A stretch of 64,000 nt of DNA from Patescibacteria group bacterium (GTDB lineage Bacteria; Patescibacteriota; Patescibacteriia; UBA1558; UBA10009). The position numbers were made by a program, and so were the translations under genes. The stretch covers positions 27,244 to 91,243 of the forward strand of contig JBAZSE010000002.1 of assembly GCA_041662565.1 (NCBI GenBank), read 5' to 3'. This document shows, piece by piece, positions 20,040 to 30,271 of this stretch. The notes under the pieces are model-generated. The model saw nothing but the letters and a program-made list of their open reading frames with translations, did no database searches and was not told the DNA's origin. The stretch's first letter is position 1, and every line of letters starts with the position of its first letter.

Positions 20040-20378
20040 CTATCTATTGATAATCCCCGCGTTTAGTAAAATTTCCGGCGGTTCCGGAATCTTAAATAAA
20101 TTAGGGTTACCCACCGCCCCTGTTTCAAAAGGCACTTTTATGGGCTGATCCAATTTTTTTAACAAAGGATTGCCAAAAACATCCCCGGGGAAATTTTTAA
20201 GCAAGGCCTCTACCTTATTTAAGGAACTTTTGTATTTGCCGGCTAATAATCCTCCATCTTCTTGGCCCAGTGCCGTAAGAGCAAAATAACCCGAAACAAT
20301 CATTGTTGCCAGCAGTAAAAAAATTACCAACTTGGCCGAAAAACGTTTTTTAAATTGATTGTTTTGATTTGATTTCAT
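20040..20378 (-). CDS. hypothetical membrane-anchored protein in the pilMNO operon
   Basis: 112 aa, single N-terminal TM; position where PilP would sit. Confidence 0.4.
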   Translation of the reverse strand: MKSNQNNQFKKRFSAKLVIFLLLATMIVSGYFALTALGQEDGGLLAGKYKSSLNKVEALLKNFPGDVFGNPLLKKLDQPIKVPFETGAVGNPNLFKIPEPPEILLNAGIINR

Positions 20379-20383
20379 ATATA

Positions 20384-21091
20384 TTATTCGGTAATAATCG
20401 GTTCCTCAACATTCTCTGCGGGTAAAACGGCTTTAACCGCGCTTAAATAATAAGTTCTTAAAGCCAAGGTGTAATCCATCTGACCATTACCGCTGGTAAA
20501 GCCCACGGAAACAATATCCAGCAACCGGATATTTTTTTCTATTTTATCCAGCAAAAGCTTAAAAGCATTATAGTCGCCACCGGCAACATTTAAAGTAATG
20601 TTAACTGCTTGAATGTTCTTACCCAGCGGGGGCAAAGCCAGCTCAATGGCATCGGGCTTGGCCGGCCTTTTTTTGCTAAGCTCTTTTTCGTCAAGTTCGC
20701 TATTGGTAAAGGATAAAGCGCTTATTTTAAATCCGCTCCGTTGGACCAACGCGTCTGTTTGGGCAATCAACTCGGGAATATTCGGCTCATCGGGCAAGAT
20801 CTGCTCTAAAATTTTAACTTCGGCGGCATACTTGCTTTGGGCAGTGTTGATTAATTTTTCCAGTTCAACCACCTTGGATTCGTAATTATCCAAAATTGCC
20901 AGTTCCGCCTGCTGGGAAGGCACATCAGCTTGGCTTGATTGGCTAACGGCTTGATATTTGGGATAAATAAATAAAAGCAAACCTAAAAGCAAAATAATAA
21001 CAAAAATAACTGCGCCGACAATTTTAAAATTCTTATTTAGCCAAACATTCAATTCAGCCGCTTGTTTTTGTTTTTTTTCGCCTTGCTCCAT
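20384..21091 (-). CDS. PilO-like pilus assembly protein
   Basis: 235 aa, N-terminal TM then coiled-coil, follows the PilN-like gene. Confidence 0.5.
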   Translation of the reverse strand: MEQGEKKQKQAAELNVWLNKNFKIVGAVIFVIILLLGLLLFIYPKYQAVSQSSQADVPSQQAELAILDNYESKVVELEKLINTAQSKYAAEVKILEQILPDEPNIPELIAQTDALVQRSGFKISALSFTNSELDEKELSKKRPAKPDAIELALPPLGKNIQAVNITLNVAGGDYNAFKLLLDKIEKNIRLLDIVSVGFTSGNGQMDYTLALRTYYLSAVKAVLPAENVEEPIITE

Positions 21092-21096
21092 TTTAT

Positions 21097-22113
21097 TTAT
21101 TGATTATTTTTCTGCTGACTAGCGGTTGGAATTAAAAAATAAACTTCACCGTCCACCTTTAAGTTAACCGTAAAATTAACATCATTAGAAGCAGTATCGC
21201 CGGCTAAATTGGAAATGCTAGATTCGGTAATCAAATCAGTTGCCCGTTGATAAGCCAAATACTGTTTGGCCACACCGGTGTAACCGCTGGTAGAAACCGC
21301 GCTTAAAGTAACCGTGCCATCAATCGCCGTGTTAATGTCTTTATAATAAATATCCGGAATAGTCACGCTTTCCAAACGGCTGAAAAAATTAGTCCAATAA
21401 ATATGATTATTAAATAAAACCTTGATTGATTGCACCTTGTTGTACCAATTGCTCAAGGCCTCTTCTTTGGCTTTTAACTGGTTATAACGAACTTCGCTGG
21501 CGCTGACCTTGGCGGTTAATTGCTGTTGCTTAACGGTAACTTGGCGTTGGTACAAAACCACACCAACAAAAAATAAAACATTAACCAAAATACCGGCTAA
21601 AGCGTAATAAATAAAAAAATTATAAATTTTTTTGCTGGGCAATAAATCAGAACCCTCGGGAATCAAATTAACATCAACATTTTTATCCGATGATAAGCCA
21701 TTGGCGCTTTTTTGCTCCGTATTCTGGATAATCCTGCCTTTGGCCTGGCTTTTTTTAAATAATCTGCTTAAAAAACCTTCTGCTTTGGCTGCTGTTGGCT
21801 GAACATTTTTTTTGGGTAAACTGTTAGAAAAAATATTTAAACTCTTGGTTTCGGGTAATGGGCCTTTTTTCGCCTCTTCATCCAAATTAAAACTGCCATA
21901 ATTGGCACCGATAAATTGATTTCTAACCGGTTTTAACGGAGCAGGCCCAATGGCATCTGTTTGAGGCATGGGAACAGGTGTTTCTTTTTTTATCGATTCA
22001 GGATTTGTTTGAGGAAAATAAAAACCCACGCTCGGGCCAGCAGAGGGAGCTTGATCAAGCTGTTTGGCTTCTTCGGACCGCAAATCTTCGGGCAATAAAT
22101 TAATATCTGACAT
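21097..22113 (-). CDS. PilN-like pilus assembly protein
   Basis: N-terminus MSDINLLPEDLR (the INLLP fimbrial-assembly motif), single TM. Confidence 0.6.
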   Translation of the reverse strand: MSDINLLPEDLRSEEAKQLDQAPSAGPSVGFYFPQTNPESIKKETPVPMPQTDAIGPAPLKPVRNQFIGANYGSFNLDEEAKKGPLPETKSLNIFSNSLPKKNVQPTAAKAEGFLSRLFKKSQAKGRIIQNTEQKSANGLSSDKNVDVNLIPEGSDLLPSKKIYNFFIYYALAGILVNVLFFVGVVLYQRQVTVKQQQLTAKVSASEVRYNQLKAKEEALSNWYNKVQSIKVLFNNHIYWTNFFSRLESVTIPDIYYKDINTAIDGTVTLSAVSTSGYTGVAKQYLAYQRATDLITESSISNLAGDTASNDVNFTVNLKVDGEVYFLIPTASQQKNNQ

Positions 22114-22123
22114 AATTAGTAAA

Positions 22124-23278
22124 TTATTTTATATCCCTCATAGCCAAACCAATGGCCACGGCCATGCGGGAACCCACTTCATCCAGCCCTGGCTTAAGCT
22201 CTTCTGGATAAATAACCTTATCCCAAGGATTGCCAATAATAGTTGGCTTGCTGAACAAATCCTGAAAATAATTAACCAAATTGGGCAAAAAAGCCGAACC
22301 GCCCGAAAGCACGATTTTTTCCATGGTTCTGCCCTCTTGGCCCTGATATAAATCAAGAACGTATTTGATTTCATTAATAATCGGCGAAAGCGAAGTGGCG
22401 ATATTTTTATTAATCCCCCTTGATTGGTCTTCCTGATTGATATTAACTCCAAAATCACGCTTAAATTGCTCGGCCCGTTCCAAAGTAATATTCAAACTGG
22501 TGGCAATGGCTTTGGTAATGGTTAATCCGCCCACATCTATACTGCGATTTAAAACAGGTACGCCTTTTTCTATAATACAAATATCCGTGGTAATGGAGCC
22601 GATATCCACGATCATCACGGTTGATGAATCGCCCCCGATTAATGATCTGGCCAAAGCAAAGGCCTCGGTTTCCAAACTGATTAATTTTAAATTGGCTTGC
22701 TTAAAAATACCCAAATACCGATTAACTAGATTTTTCGGCGCGGCCGTTACCAAAACTCTTAAATTTTCGCCTTTAACTGCTTCGCTGGCTGATTTTGCGG
22801 GATTAATCGAAGAGTCGGTTTTGTTAGAATTAAACAAAGAAAACTTTTTTTTGGGCGCTGAAAGCGGAATAAGTGGAACCTTGACCGCGTTATTTTCTTT
22901 AATTATCTTCCAATCCAAAATCATTTCTTCCAAAGGCAAAGGAACGTACTTTTTGGCCTCCCACTTGATGGCCGAAGCCATATCCTTGCCCGACATGGAC
23001 GGCAAAGTGATAATGGAATTAAAAACCGAAAAGGTGGGCAGGGCGGCAATGCAAAAATTGGTTTTAACCCGGCATTTTTGAACTAAATTTTTAAGGGAAT
23101 TAACGATTTTCTGCTGGTGTTCTTCGGATTTGCTATGGACAATATCACTGACAATATCCACATAGCCGTAAGTTAGTAATTTAGGCCGCCCGCCAGCGGA
23201 AATTAATTCCACTACTTTAATACTGGCAGTACCAATATCAACGCCTAAATAACTTTCTTTGGAAGAAAACAGGGGCAT
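22124..23278 (-). CDS. pilM: type IV pilus assembly ATPase-fold protein PilM
   Basis: 384 aa actin/Hsp70-fold; LGVDIGTASIKVVEL phosphate-1 motif. Confidence 0.85.
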   Translation of the reverse strand: MPLFSSKESYLGVDIGTASIKVVELISAGGRPKLLTYGYVDIVSDIVHSKSEEHQQKIVNSLKNLVQKCRVKTNFCIAALPTFSVFNSIITLPSMSGKDMASAIKWEAKKYVPLPLEEMILDWKIIKENNAVKVPLIPLSAPKKKFSLFNSNKTDSSINPAKSASEAVKGENLRVLVTAAPKNLVNRYLGIFKQANLKLISLETEAFALARSLIGGDSSTVMIVDIGSITTDICIIEKGVPVLNRSIDVGGLTITKAIATSLNITLERAEQFKRDFGVNINQEDQSRGINKNIATSLSPIINEIKYVLDLYQGQEGRTMEKIVLSGGSAFLPNLVNYFQDLFSKPTIIGNPWDKVIYPEELKPGLDEVGSRMAVAIGLAMRDIK

Positions 23279-23376
23279 AGTTTGAAAATGAGGATTAAGA
23301 ATTCAAAAATACAAAAATCCGGTTGCTAACTACCGATTATTATAACACAAAATTAATAAAATGACCAAGAATAAAA

Positions 23377-23499
23377 AGGCCTTGCCTTGTACCGTCATTG
23401 CGAGGAGCACCAGCGACGAAGCAATCCCGATGTTATACCAAGTACAACGGGATTGCTACGCCCCTTCGGGGCTCGCAATGACGACTTATGGCAAGACCT
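23377..23499. repeat. dispersed palindromic repeat family A, copy 1 (MITE/REP-like, 123 nt)
   Basis: Termini aggccttgcc...ggcaagacct; internal gtcattgcgag / ctcgcaatgac and gcaatcccgatgtt / aacgggattgc arms. Aligns with the reverse complement of 31161-31315. Confidence 0.75.
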
Positions 23500-23501
23500 T
23501 T

Positions 23502-25985
23502 TTATTCAATCTGCAACGTGGAGTACGCCTCACGCCACAAGGGCAGGCCTTTGGAAAGATCTTTCAAGCCCGGAGGAGTATTAACCAAAATCCGGCCATC
23601 ATAAATTATTTTTTCAGCCGGCTCGCCGCCTCCTTTAAAAAATCTTTCAAAAACAAACTGCTTGGCCATAGCCATTCCATTAACCACCAATTGGGCGTGA
23701 TTAGCCGAATCATTGCCGGTTTTAAAATTACCGCAAGAAACATTGGGGCAAGCAATACCGTTTTTACCCAAGACGATAAAATTACCAACAAGATTAATCA
23801 CATTAGGCGCCACAATCACATCACCCTTAACAATCCAGGCCAAGGCGGCTAAATTTTCTATTTGCCCCGAAACAGCACTGCTTTCATAATACAAATTGCT
23901 GTTAATGTATAGATCACCATCAATTACTACCGTGCCAGCGCCTGATGAATTAAGGTTGCGGGCGTTAAAAAAAGTCATGGGGTTATCAATGGTAAAACTG
24001 TTTAAGCCCGCTCCCCCAAAATAATAAACTTGTCCCGCTAAATTCCTGGGCAAGTTAACATCCACATCCTGGCTTTGGTAACTTGTTTGCCCTCCGTTTA
24101 AAATTCGGCCAAAATCAATTATACCGCCAACGGTTTTGTATTTATTGCTGATATTAGGAAAACCCAAATTACGATAAGCCGAAAGCAAGCACGAGGGATT
24201 TTCGGAATTTAAATTAACAATATTGCCGCCGGCTAAAATGCAATAACTGGAATTAAACCGGCCGGCTGGCGCCGCGGAAGTATTGCTGGTTCCAACATGG
24301 CTTTGGCTGTAAATAGAACCGTATTTTGTTTCCAGCCAAGGCACATTTAATGATCCCTCAAACTGCGCCCAACCAGGACCGATTAACACCCCGTTCTCCA
24401 CACCGCCGGCCCAGCCATAACCTTTTAATGATCTTTGGCTTAAATTAACATGAACGCAAGAATCAGGCGTATCCGGCAATCCGGCATTGCACCAATTGCC
24501 CCTAAGCTGCAACCATCCGCTTTGATTATAGGTTAAATATTTGCCCCAGCCGGTTACTTGGCCGCTAGCTCGCGAATAAACTGCTTGAGCGATTGAACCA
24601 TCCGGTGTTAAGCCATAGGGTTGGCAAGTGGCTCCCAAGCAAACCCAGCCCAAATTGGAATCCCAAGCCCAGCCCGACATTGTATAATCAGGATTCATTT
24701 GCCAACCATAATTTGGCGGACAATAGTTAATGGGATCACCATAATAACTGTTATCGCAATTTAACGAAGTCCAGCCGTAATTGGAGCTCCACAGCCAGCC
24801 GGAAACAGCGCCATCCACCCCTAACTCATTAATGCTGTTGGTAAATGAACTAACAGCATTATTGGTATCCCTTACTTCTAGTAGAGTAACAAAGGTTGAG
24901 GTAGAATTAAAAATGTGCGTTTTAATATAACCGGCAAAACCCGTTTCCCAAACCGTATCAAAAACGCCATCATTTTCCCAGTCCCATCTAAAATCCAAAT
25001 TCGCCAAACTGTCTTCATAATCCGAAGAACAGTTGGCGTTGTAACTGTAAACTTGAGCGGGGTTAAGCGATTGGGTCGGGCTAACAATAAAACACGCTTG
25101 AGGAGCGCTGTTTTCCTGCCAGGTAAAACGCAATTGAAATAATTGCGGAGTAACGGAAGTTTGATTGGTTTGCATGTGAACTTTAAAATACAGCCCTGTG
25201 CCAGCCGGACCATTAAAAGGTACCGTTATTGCATCCGGCAAAATTTGTAAAGGAAAACTAAACCAAGTATTGGGTTTAGGCGTGCCACTGGTATCGCCGT
25301 ACCAATCGTTGCCGTTATTGGAAATTTGATATTCCAAGGTTTTGCCAAAAGGCCATTGAACCGGCTGGAAAGCAACAGATAAAACATTACCATTACCAAC
25401 ACGGTTTAATAAATTAGTGGACTGGACTGTGCCGTTTGGATGGTAGTTAGGCGGGTTAGGCCCTAATTCCACTAAGGCCTCGGCAATATCCCAATTAATT
25501 CTGGTAGTTGCTCCTTGAAAAGTAGCATCATTAAAACTTTCCACAAAATAGTGGGCGCCATGATTAGTAACTCGGTGCGAAAGGCCTGTTGAACCTTGCC
25601 AATAATCGCTCCACACTCCCCCTTCTTGCATCCTTACTCTGATTAATAAAGTTGGGGCATAAATTTTGGAAGTAGACCAATAATAAATCCGATGATTATT
25701 AGCAATAATGGTGTAGTTGGCAGTAATGGCGTTCCAGCTTTGTCCGGCATCATTGGAATATTCCAATTCCCAAGCCGTAGGATTGGCCTGGCCGGTCGTG
25801 GCATCTAAAACCAACAAAGCATCGTACGAATCATTGGTTCCCCCATCCTGCAAAATGTCATCGCCGGATAAAATAACGCTTGGCGGGGTAACGGCAGCAA
25901 AAATAAAATTCTGCCAAATAAAAAAAGCGGCAAAAACTAAAATTACTGCGATCAAATAAAAATTTAATTTTTTAAGGATGAGCAT
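23502..25985 (-). CDS. large secreted/anchored protein with W/G-rich tandem repeats
   Basis: 827 aa; N-terminal signal anchor; repeats of the form SGWLWSSNYGWTSL / SGWAWDSNLGWVCL / QSGWLQLRGNW; no enzymatic motif recognised. Confidence 0.55.
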   Translation of the reverse strand: MLILKKLNFYLIAVILVFAAFFIWQNFIFAAVTPPSVILSGDDILQDGGTNDSYDALLVLDATTGQANPTAWELEYSNDAGQSWNAITANYTIIANNHRIYYWSTSKIYAPTLLIRVRMQEGGVWSDYWQGSTGLSHRVTNHGAHYFVESFNDATFQGATTRINWDIAEALVELGPNPPNYHPNGTVQSTNLLNRVGNGNVLSVAFQPVQWPFGKTLEYQISNNGNDWYGDTSGTPKPNTWFSFPLQILPDAITVPFNGPAGTGLYFKVHMQTNQTSVTPQLFQLRFTWQENSAPQACFIVSPTQSLNPAQVYSYNANCSSDYEDSLANLDFRWDWENDGVFDTVWETGFAGYIKTHIFNSTSTFVTLLEVRDTNNAVSSFTNSINELGVDGAVSGWLWSSNYGWTSLNCDNSYYGDPINYCPPNYGWQMNPDYTMSGWAWDSNLGWVCLGATCQPYGLTPDGSIAQAVYSRASGQVTGWGKYLTYNQSGWLQLRGNWCNAGLPDTPDSCVHVNLSQRSLKGYGWAGGVENGVLIGPGWAQFEGSLNVPWLETKYGSIYSQSHVGTSNTSAAPAGRFNSSYCILAGGNIVNLNSENPSCLLSAYRNLGFPNISNKYKTVGGIIDFGRILNGGQTSYQSQDVDVNLPRNLAGQVYYFGGAGLNSFTIDNPMTFFNARNLNSSGAGTVVIDGDLYINSNLYYESSAVSGQIENLAALAWIVKGDVIVAPNVINLVGNFIVLGKNGIACPNVSCGNFKTGNDSANHAQLVVNGMAMAKQFVFERFFKGGGEPAEKIIYDGRILVNTPPGLKDLSKGLPLWREAYSTLQIE

Positions 25986-26877
25986 AGCAGGCCTTTAAAT
26001 GCAAAACCCCGTCGGCGCTAAACCAAGCTGAAGTTAAATCGCTTAAAGGGCCGTTTTTAATAACCAAATTGCCGCTGCCGTTATCGTTATAATCGCCTTG
26101 GGCAAATTCTTCAAAATTATTATTTTGATCAAATTTTTGAGATAAAAACAACGTTAGGTCTCCATCGGGGTCACAGGCAACAAAAGCGGCAACAGGAACA
26201 CCTTGACTGTCATTAATTCTAAAAACTCCGGCCGGTGAATCACAGTACCAAGTTGGTGATTCTATATATTCAGGAAGGTACTCGGCAACATATTCCACTG
26301 ATCCATTTCCCGCAACACCATTTCCAGTCATAAATAAATAACCTTCTGCAGTAATATAGGCCTTTTCTGCACCAGCGGGGTTATAAATAACAAATTTATA
26401 GCTTGGATTTTCTATGATATTTTGATTTTGGGTAAAACAATCATGAGCTCGATCTTCGGGGTTTCCGCCACCCGCAGGAGCCAATCCGCAGGAACCGCAA
26501 CTTGCAAAATAAGGATAGGTGGCAGTTTGAGCGTAACAAAAGCCCGAAGCTTGTTCACCTTGCCAATTTCCACACCAAAAACCATAACCTAAATCGCAAT
26601 TACTGCACTGGTCGCTGTTATTGCAAAAAACCGGCTCCATCATATAACATTGTTGATTTTGAGGACATTGCTGGTTAAGCGAACAGGCCGTACCGGAAGG
26701 CATGCCGTCACCTCGATCGGCGCCATATACTTTTTCAATCCTTAAAGTTTGAATAATATTTTTTTTATAAATTTGAGGCCAGAAAAAAATTGCCCCACCT
26801 ATCAATAAAATCGCCCAAAAAAACAAAATAAAATAAAACTTATTTGTCTGGTTGATTTTTAACTTCTGTAATAACAT
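25972..26877 (-). CDS. Cys-rich secreted/anchored hypothetical protein
   Basis: 301 aa, N-terminal TM, 20 or more Cys in CxxxC/CxC clusters. Confidence 0.5.
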   Translation of the reverse strand: MLLQKLKINQTNKFYFILFFWAILLIGGAIFFWPQIYKKNIIQTLRIEKVYGADRGDGMPSGTACSLNQQCPQNQQCYMMEPVFCNNSDQCSNCDLGYGFWCGNWQGEQASGFCYAQTATYPYFASCGSCGLAPAGGGNPEDRAHDCFTQNQNIIENPSYKFVIYNPAGAEKAYITAEGYLFMTGNGVAGNGSVEYVAEYLPEYIESPTWYCDSPAGVFRINDSQGVPVAAFVACDPDGDLTLFLSQKFDQNNNFEEFAQGDYNDNGSGNLVIKNGPLSDLTSAWFSADGVLHLKACYAHP

Positions 26878-26926
26878 AAATTATATTTTGTCTTATACTC
26901 TGTATAATTTGTTCGCTTGCTGCAAA

Positions 26927-29227
26927 TTATTGCCCTAAGCGGATAATAACATTGCCGTTTTCAAATTGAATTGAAGAAACGCCAGTGGAATTTTTTATTT
27001 CATTTCCACCAACGGTAAGATTACCGGTGGTAGTAGCGTCACCATTTGAATTTATACTTAAGACATCAGCTCCTCGCCAAAATTTTAAAACATCATCTGC
27101 CTGATTAACATACATACCCCAATGCTCTGTCGCACCCGCGCCATATTTTAGTTGCAACTCAGGATTTTGCGCTGTATCAGCAATACGTATTCTAGCCGTT
27201 CCGCCAGTATCATCCCTAACCTCAAATTTTTCCGCTGGAGAAACAGCGCCAATACCCACATTCCCACCATTATCCAAAATCAATTGATTACTGGCTCCAT
27301 CGACATTAATCAATAAATCTCCATTGCTATCCATTTGAAAATCCGAATAGACCGTTCCGTCTGCTTGAGTAAGGCGTAATTGAGGATTAGAAGCATCAAG
27401 AACATCTAATTTTCTATCTGGACCAACGGTATTAATACCCAAATTACCAGTTTCTGTTAACCTCATAAGCTCATTAGCTCCAGCAGGCGCCGTGCCTAAA
27501 GCGGTATTTTTGCCAAAAATAATATTTCTAGTATCAGCGTCATTATTATTATAATCCATTTTAATATAAACGTTATCTTCACCGTTTAGATGAACATCAC
27601 CGCTATCATCATAAAAATCACTACCTTGAGCTATAATATCGCCAACAGAAAGAATATAGGTGCTATTAATTGTTGATCGTAAGACGTTATTAACCGCAAA
27701 ATTAATATTACCATCAGCACTGGAATAAATACCTGTATTGGTGTCACCTGTAAAGCTATAGGCCGGCGTGGTTGGCGTATTAGCTGCGGGTAGTAAAATA
27801 TGGCCGCCGATGCTTAAATCACTGGCTAATTGAGCGCCGGTAATGCCGGCTGAACCATTAATATCAGCTGACATAATTGAACCATCAATTATTTCAACTG
27901 AGCCAATCGCATTATCCGCCATTTTAGGGTTAGTAACGGCATTATTAGCAAGTCCGCCATTATCATCAGCCGCACAAATCCAAGAAAAAATGTTATTTCC
28001 ATCGTCAAAAAGTTTTAACACCTGACCGTCGGTACAACCATTGGAACCATCATAATCAGATGGCACATAAAAACCTTTAATATAAGATTGTTGACCGAAT
28101 TGATCGGCACCTAGGGTAACATTACCTTCCCTATCAACCTTAAACTTATCAGTGCTGTTTCTTTGCAATAATAATAAATTGCCGACCGAAGCATTGGTCA
28201 TATTGCCATAAAACAAATTCTGGCCTGCTGTGACATTTACTACCGAACCAGCCATAACCATGCCATTAATATCTAATTTAACACTGGGATTATCCTTGCC
28301 AATGCCAACACCGACACCCGGATCAATATATATTTGTGCGCTTGATTTATTTTTGCTTTGGCCAATGCTAAAACCAGATTCACTATTTCCGCTATTGTAA
28401 GGAATGCCGGCAAACCAAGAAATATTTTCCACCGTGTATAAAGATAATCCCTCAGATACCGTATCAGGCGATCTATTGATACGAACTTCTCCGCTATAAG
28501 GATTGGGGGCGCTAATATTAAGTAAAGTTGTATTAGTATTATTCCAATTACGATAGAAAGTTAACCCGGCATCACCGCTAAAAGAACCGGCATTGTTAAA
28601 TTGCACCTGGGTATCGGCTCCACCCGGCGTACTTCCACCCGCCGGTGGTTCCCAGCTAGCTAAGCCATTGGCATCGGAAGTTAAAACCTGGCCAGCCGCC
28701 GGAGTACCGCCGGCTATGGTTATTACTCCGCTAATATTTAAATTTCCGGTTAAACCGGTATTACCGGTTACACCAAACGGTCCTACAAAATAACCGGCCC
28801 AAGCTCCATTAATTGCTTGTCCATGAACAGCGGCATAACCGCCAATAGCCCCGGCAGTAGTTAAGCCAAAAACTCCATCACCTGCTCCATGGCCATAAAC
28901 AGCCACAGCTGTTCCGGCGTTGGTAACATCAACACCCGTAGTAAAAGTAGCCAAAGAGTTAAAACTTGCAGTTGCTTGCAAAGTTAAGGCGCCATTACTA
29001 GCTACAGTAAAAAATTTAGCGGCCGGATCAGCCGGACCAACACTTAAACCGCCTGTAACATTTATACTCCCTGCTTTTGTTTGGTTAGAAGCGCTAACAT
29101 CCACGGGCATAGAAGTATTGCCATTAGGCGGATTAGCCGGCGGGGCCTGCCAAACATCGGCGTTAGCCAAAGATATATTTATTAAAAGAGAGAGAACCAA
29201 AAATAACGCTATTGTTAGATTTTTCAT
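26927..29227 (-). CDS. large secreted Gly/Thr/Asn-rich protein with tail-fibre-like motif
   Basis: 766 aa, signal peptide MKNLTIALFLVLSLLINISLANA; GQVLTSDANGLASW motif typical of phage-tail-fibre-like or surface-fibre proteins; long low-complexity G/N/T repeats. Confidence 0.55.
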   Translation of the reverse strand: MKNLTIALFLVLSLLINISLANADVWQAPPANPPNGNTSMPVDVSASNQTKAGSINVTGGLSVGPADPAAKFFTVASNGALTLQATASFNSLATFTTGVDVTNAGTAVAVYGHGAGDGVFGLTTAGAIGGYAAVHGQAINGAWAGYFVGPFGVTGNTGLTGNLNISGVITIAGGTPAAGQVLTSDANGLASWEPPAGGSTPGGADTQVQFNNAGSFSGDAGLTFYRNWNNTNTTLLNISAPNPYSGEVRINRSPDTVSEGLSLYTVENISWFAGIPYNSGNSESGFSIGQSKNKSSAQIYIDPGVGVGIGKDNPSVKLDINGMVMAGSVVNVTAGQNLFYGNMTNASVGNLLLLQRNSTDKFKVDREGNVTLGADQFGQQSYIKGFYVPSDYDGSNGCTDGQVLKLFDDGNNIFSWICAADDNGGLANNAVTNPKMADNAIGSVEIIDGSIMSADINGSAGITGAQLASDLSIGGHILLPAANTPTTPAYSFTGDTNTGIYSSADGNINFAVNNVLRSTINSTYILSVGDIIAQGSDFYDDSGDVHLNGEDNVYIKMDYNNNDADTRNIIFGKNTALGTAPAGANELMRLTETGNLGINTVGPDRKLDVLDASNPQLRLTQADGTVYSDFQMDSNGDLLINVDGASNQLILDNGGNVGIGAVSPAEKFEVRDDTGGTARIRIADTAQNPELQLKYGAGATEHWGMYVNQADDVLKFWRGADVLSINSNGDATTTGNLTVGGNEIKNSTGVSSIQFENGNVIIRLGQ

Positions 29228-29293
29228 AGTTTTTATTAAAAGTTAAAAATTAAAATTTATTAACTTTAAGTTTTAAGCTTTAAATTTTAAGTT

Positions 29294-29322
29294 TTGACTT
29301 TTAACCACCTTAATTGTATAAT
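29294..29322 (+). promoter_or_regulatory. sigma70-like promoter TTGACT-17-TATAAT
   Basis: ttgact 29294-29299, tataat 29317-29322, 25 nt upstream of ORF 29348. Confidence 0.45.
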
Positions 29323-29347
29323 AAATTAGAATTAAAAACAACTATTT

Positions 29348-29602
29348 ATGTCAACAATCCAAAAAAATCTGTTAATTAAAGTTATCGGCTTAATAATTCT
29401 CTTGCTGGCTATTTGGCTGATTGGTTATTTTAGCGGTTTGGAAATCGGGCAAAAAAAAGCCATTCAAGAATTTTCTTTGCAAAATCAGCAAAAGCAGAAT
29501 TTTGAGCAAAATAATCAACTTCCCCAAATTCCGGCAGGTGCAGAAGCAGGCGCCAACCTGACTAATAATGCTTTTCCGGAAATTCCTAAAATTATTAAAT
29601 AA
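29348..29602 (+). CDS. hypothetical small membrane protein
   Basis: 84 aa, one TM, Q/N-rich tail. Confidence 0.4.
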   Translation: MSTIQKNLLIKVIGLIILLLAIWLIGYFSGLEIGQKKAIQEFSLQNQQKQNFEQNNQLPQIPAGAEAGANLTNNAFPEIPKIIK

Positions 29603-29616
29603 TAACTTAAAAAAAT

Positions 29617-30174
29617 ATGTCTGATATTCTTTGGATTATCATTGCCGTTGCGGCCATTATTGTTTTTTGGCTAATTGCGGTTTACAACGGCTTAATTACT
29701 CTAAAAAATAGGACCGATGAGGCCTGGAGCGATATTGATGTGCAATTAAAAAGAAGATACGATCTGATCCCCAATTTGTTGGAAACGGTTAAGGGCTACG
29801 CCTCCCACGAAAAGGACTTGTTGGAAAATGTAACTAAAGCCAGGAGCACGGCTATGAATGCCCAGTCCCCCGAAGCCAAAGGCGAGGCTGAAAATATGCT
29901 CTCCTCAACTTTAAAATCATTGTTTGCCGTAGCGGAAAATTATCCGCAGCTGCGCGCCTCGGAAAATTTTGCCAAATTACAGGATGAACTTTCCGATACC
30001 GAAAATAAAATTCAGGCCTCCCGCAGATTTTACAATGGCAATGTGCGCGACTTTAACACCAAACTTCAGGTTTTCCCTAATAACTTACTAGCCAACATGA
30101 TGAACTTTAAGGCCCGGGAATTTTTTGAAATAGAAAATGAAACGGAGAGAGAAAATGTTAAAGTAAAGTTTTAA
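29617..30174 (+). CDS. lemA: LemA family protein
   Basis: 185 aa; N-terminal [11 protein letters not shown]...[14 protein letters not shown], the LemA pattern; paired with htpX. Confidence 0.85.
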   Translation: MSDILWIIIAVAAIIVFWLIAVYNGLITLKNRTDEAWSDIDVQLKRRYDLIPNLLETVKGYASHEKDLLENVTKARSTAMNAQSPEAKGEAENMLSSTLKSLFAVAENYPQLRASENFAKLQDELSDTENKIQASRRFYNGNVRDFNTKLQVFPNNLLANMMNFKAREFFEIENETERENVKVKF

Positions 30175-30271
30175 CATTAGCGAAGAAGGGCAAGAAAATT
30201 TTTTTCGGTCCAAGGCGAGTTGAGGGAGGGAGACGAGGACAAAAAAATTTTACTTGCCCGCATGAGCTTTT

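Noticed and set aside
23361-23852. 163-aa plus-strand ORF
   Set aside because: Begins inside repeat family A copy 1 and runs antisense to the 827-aa gene; composition follows the repeat, no RBS.
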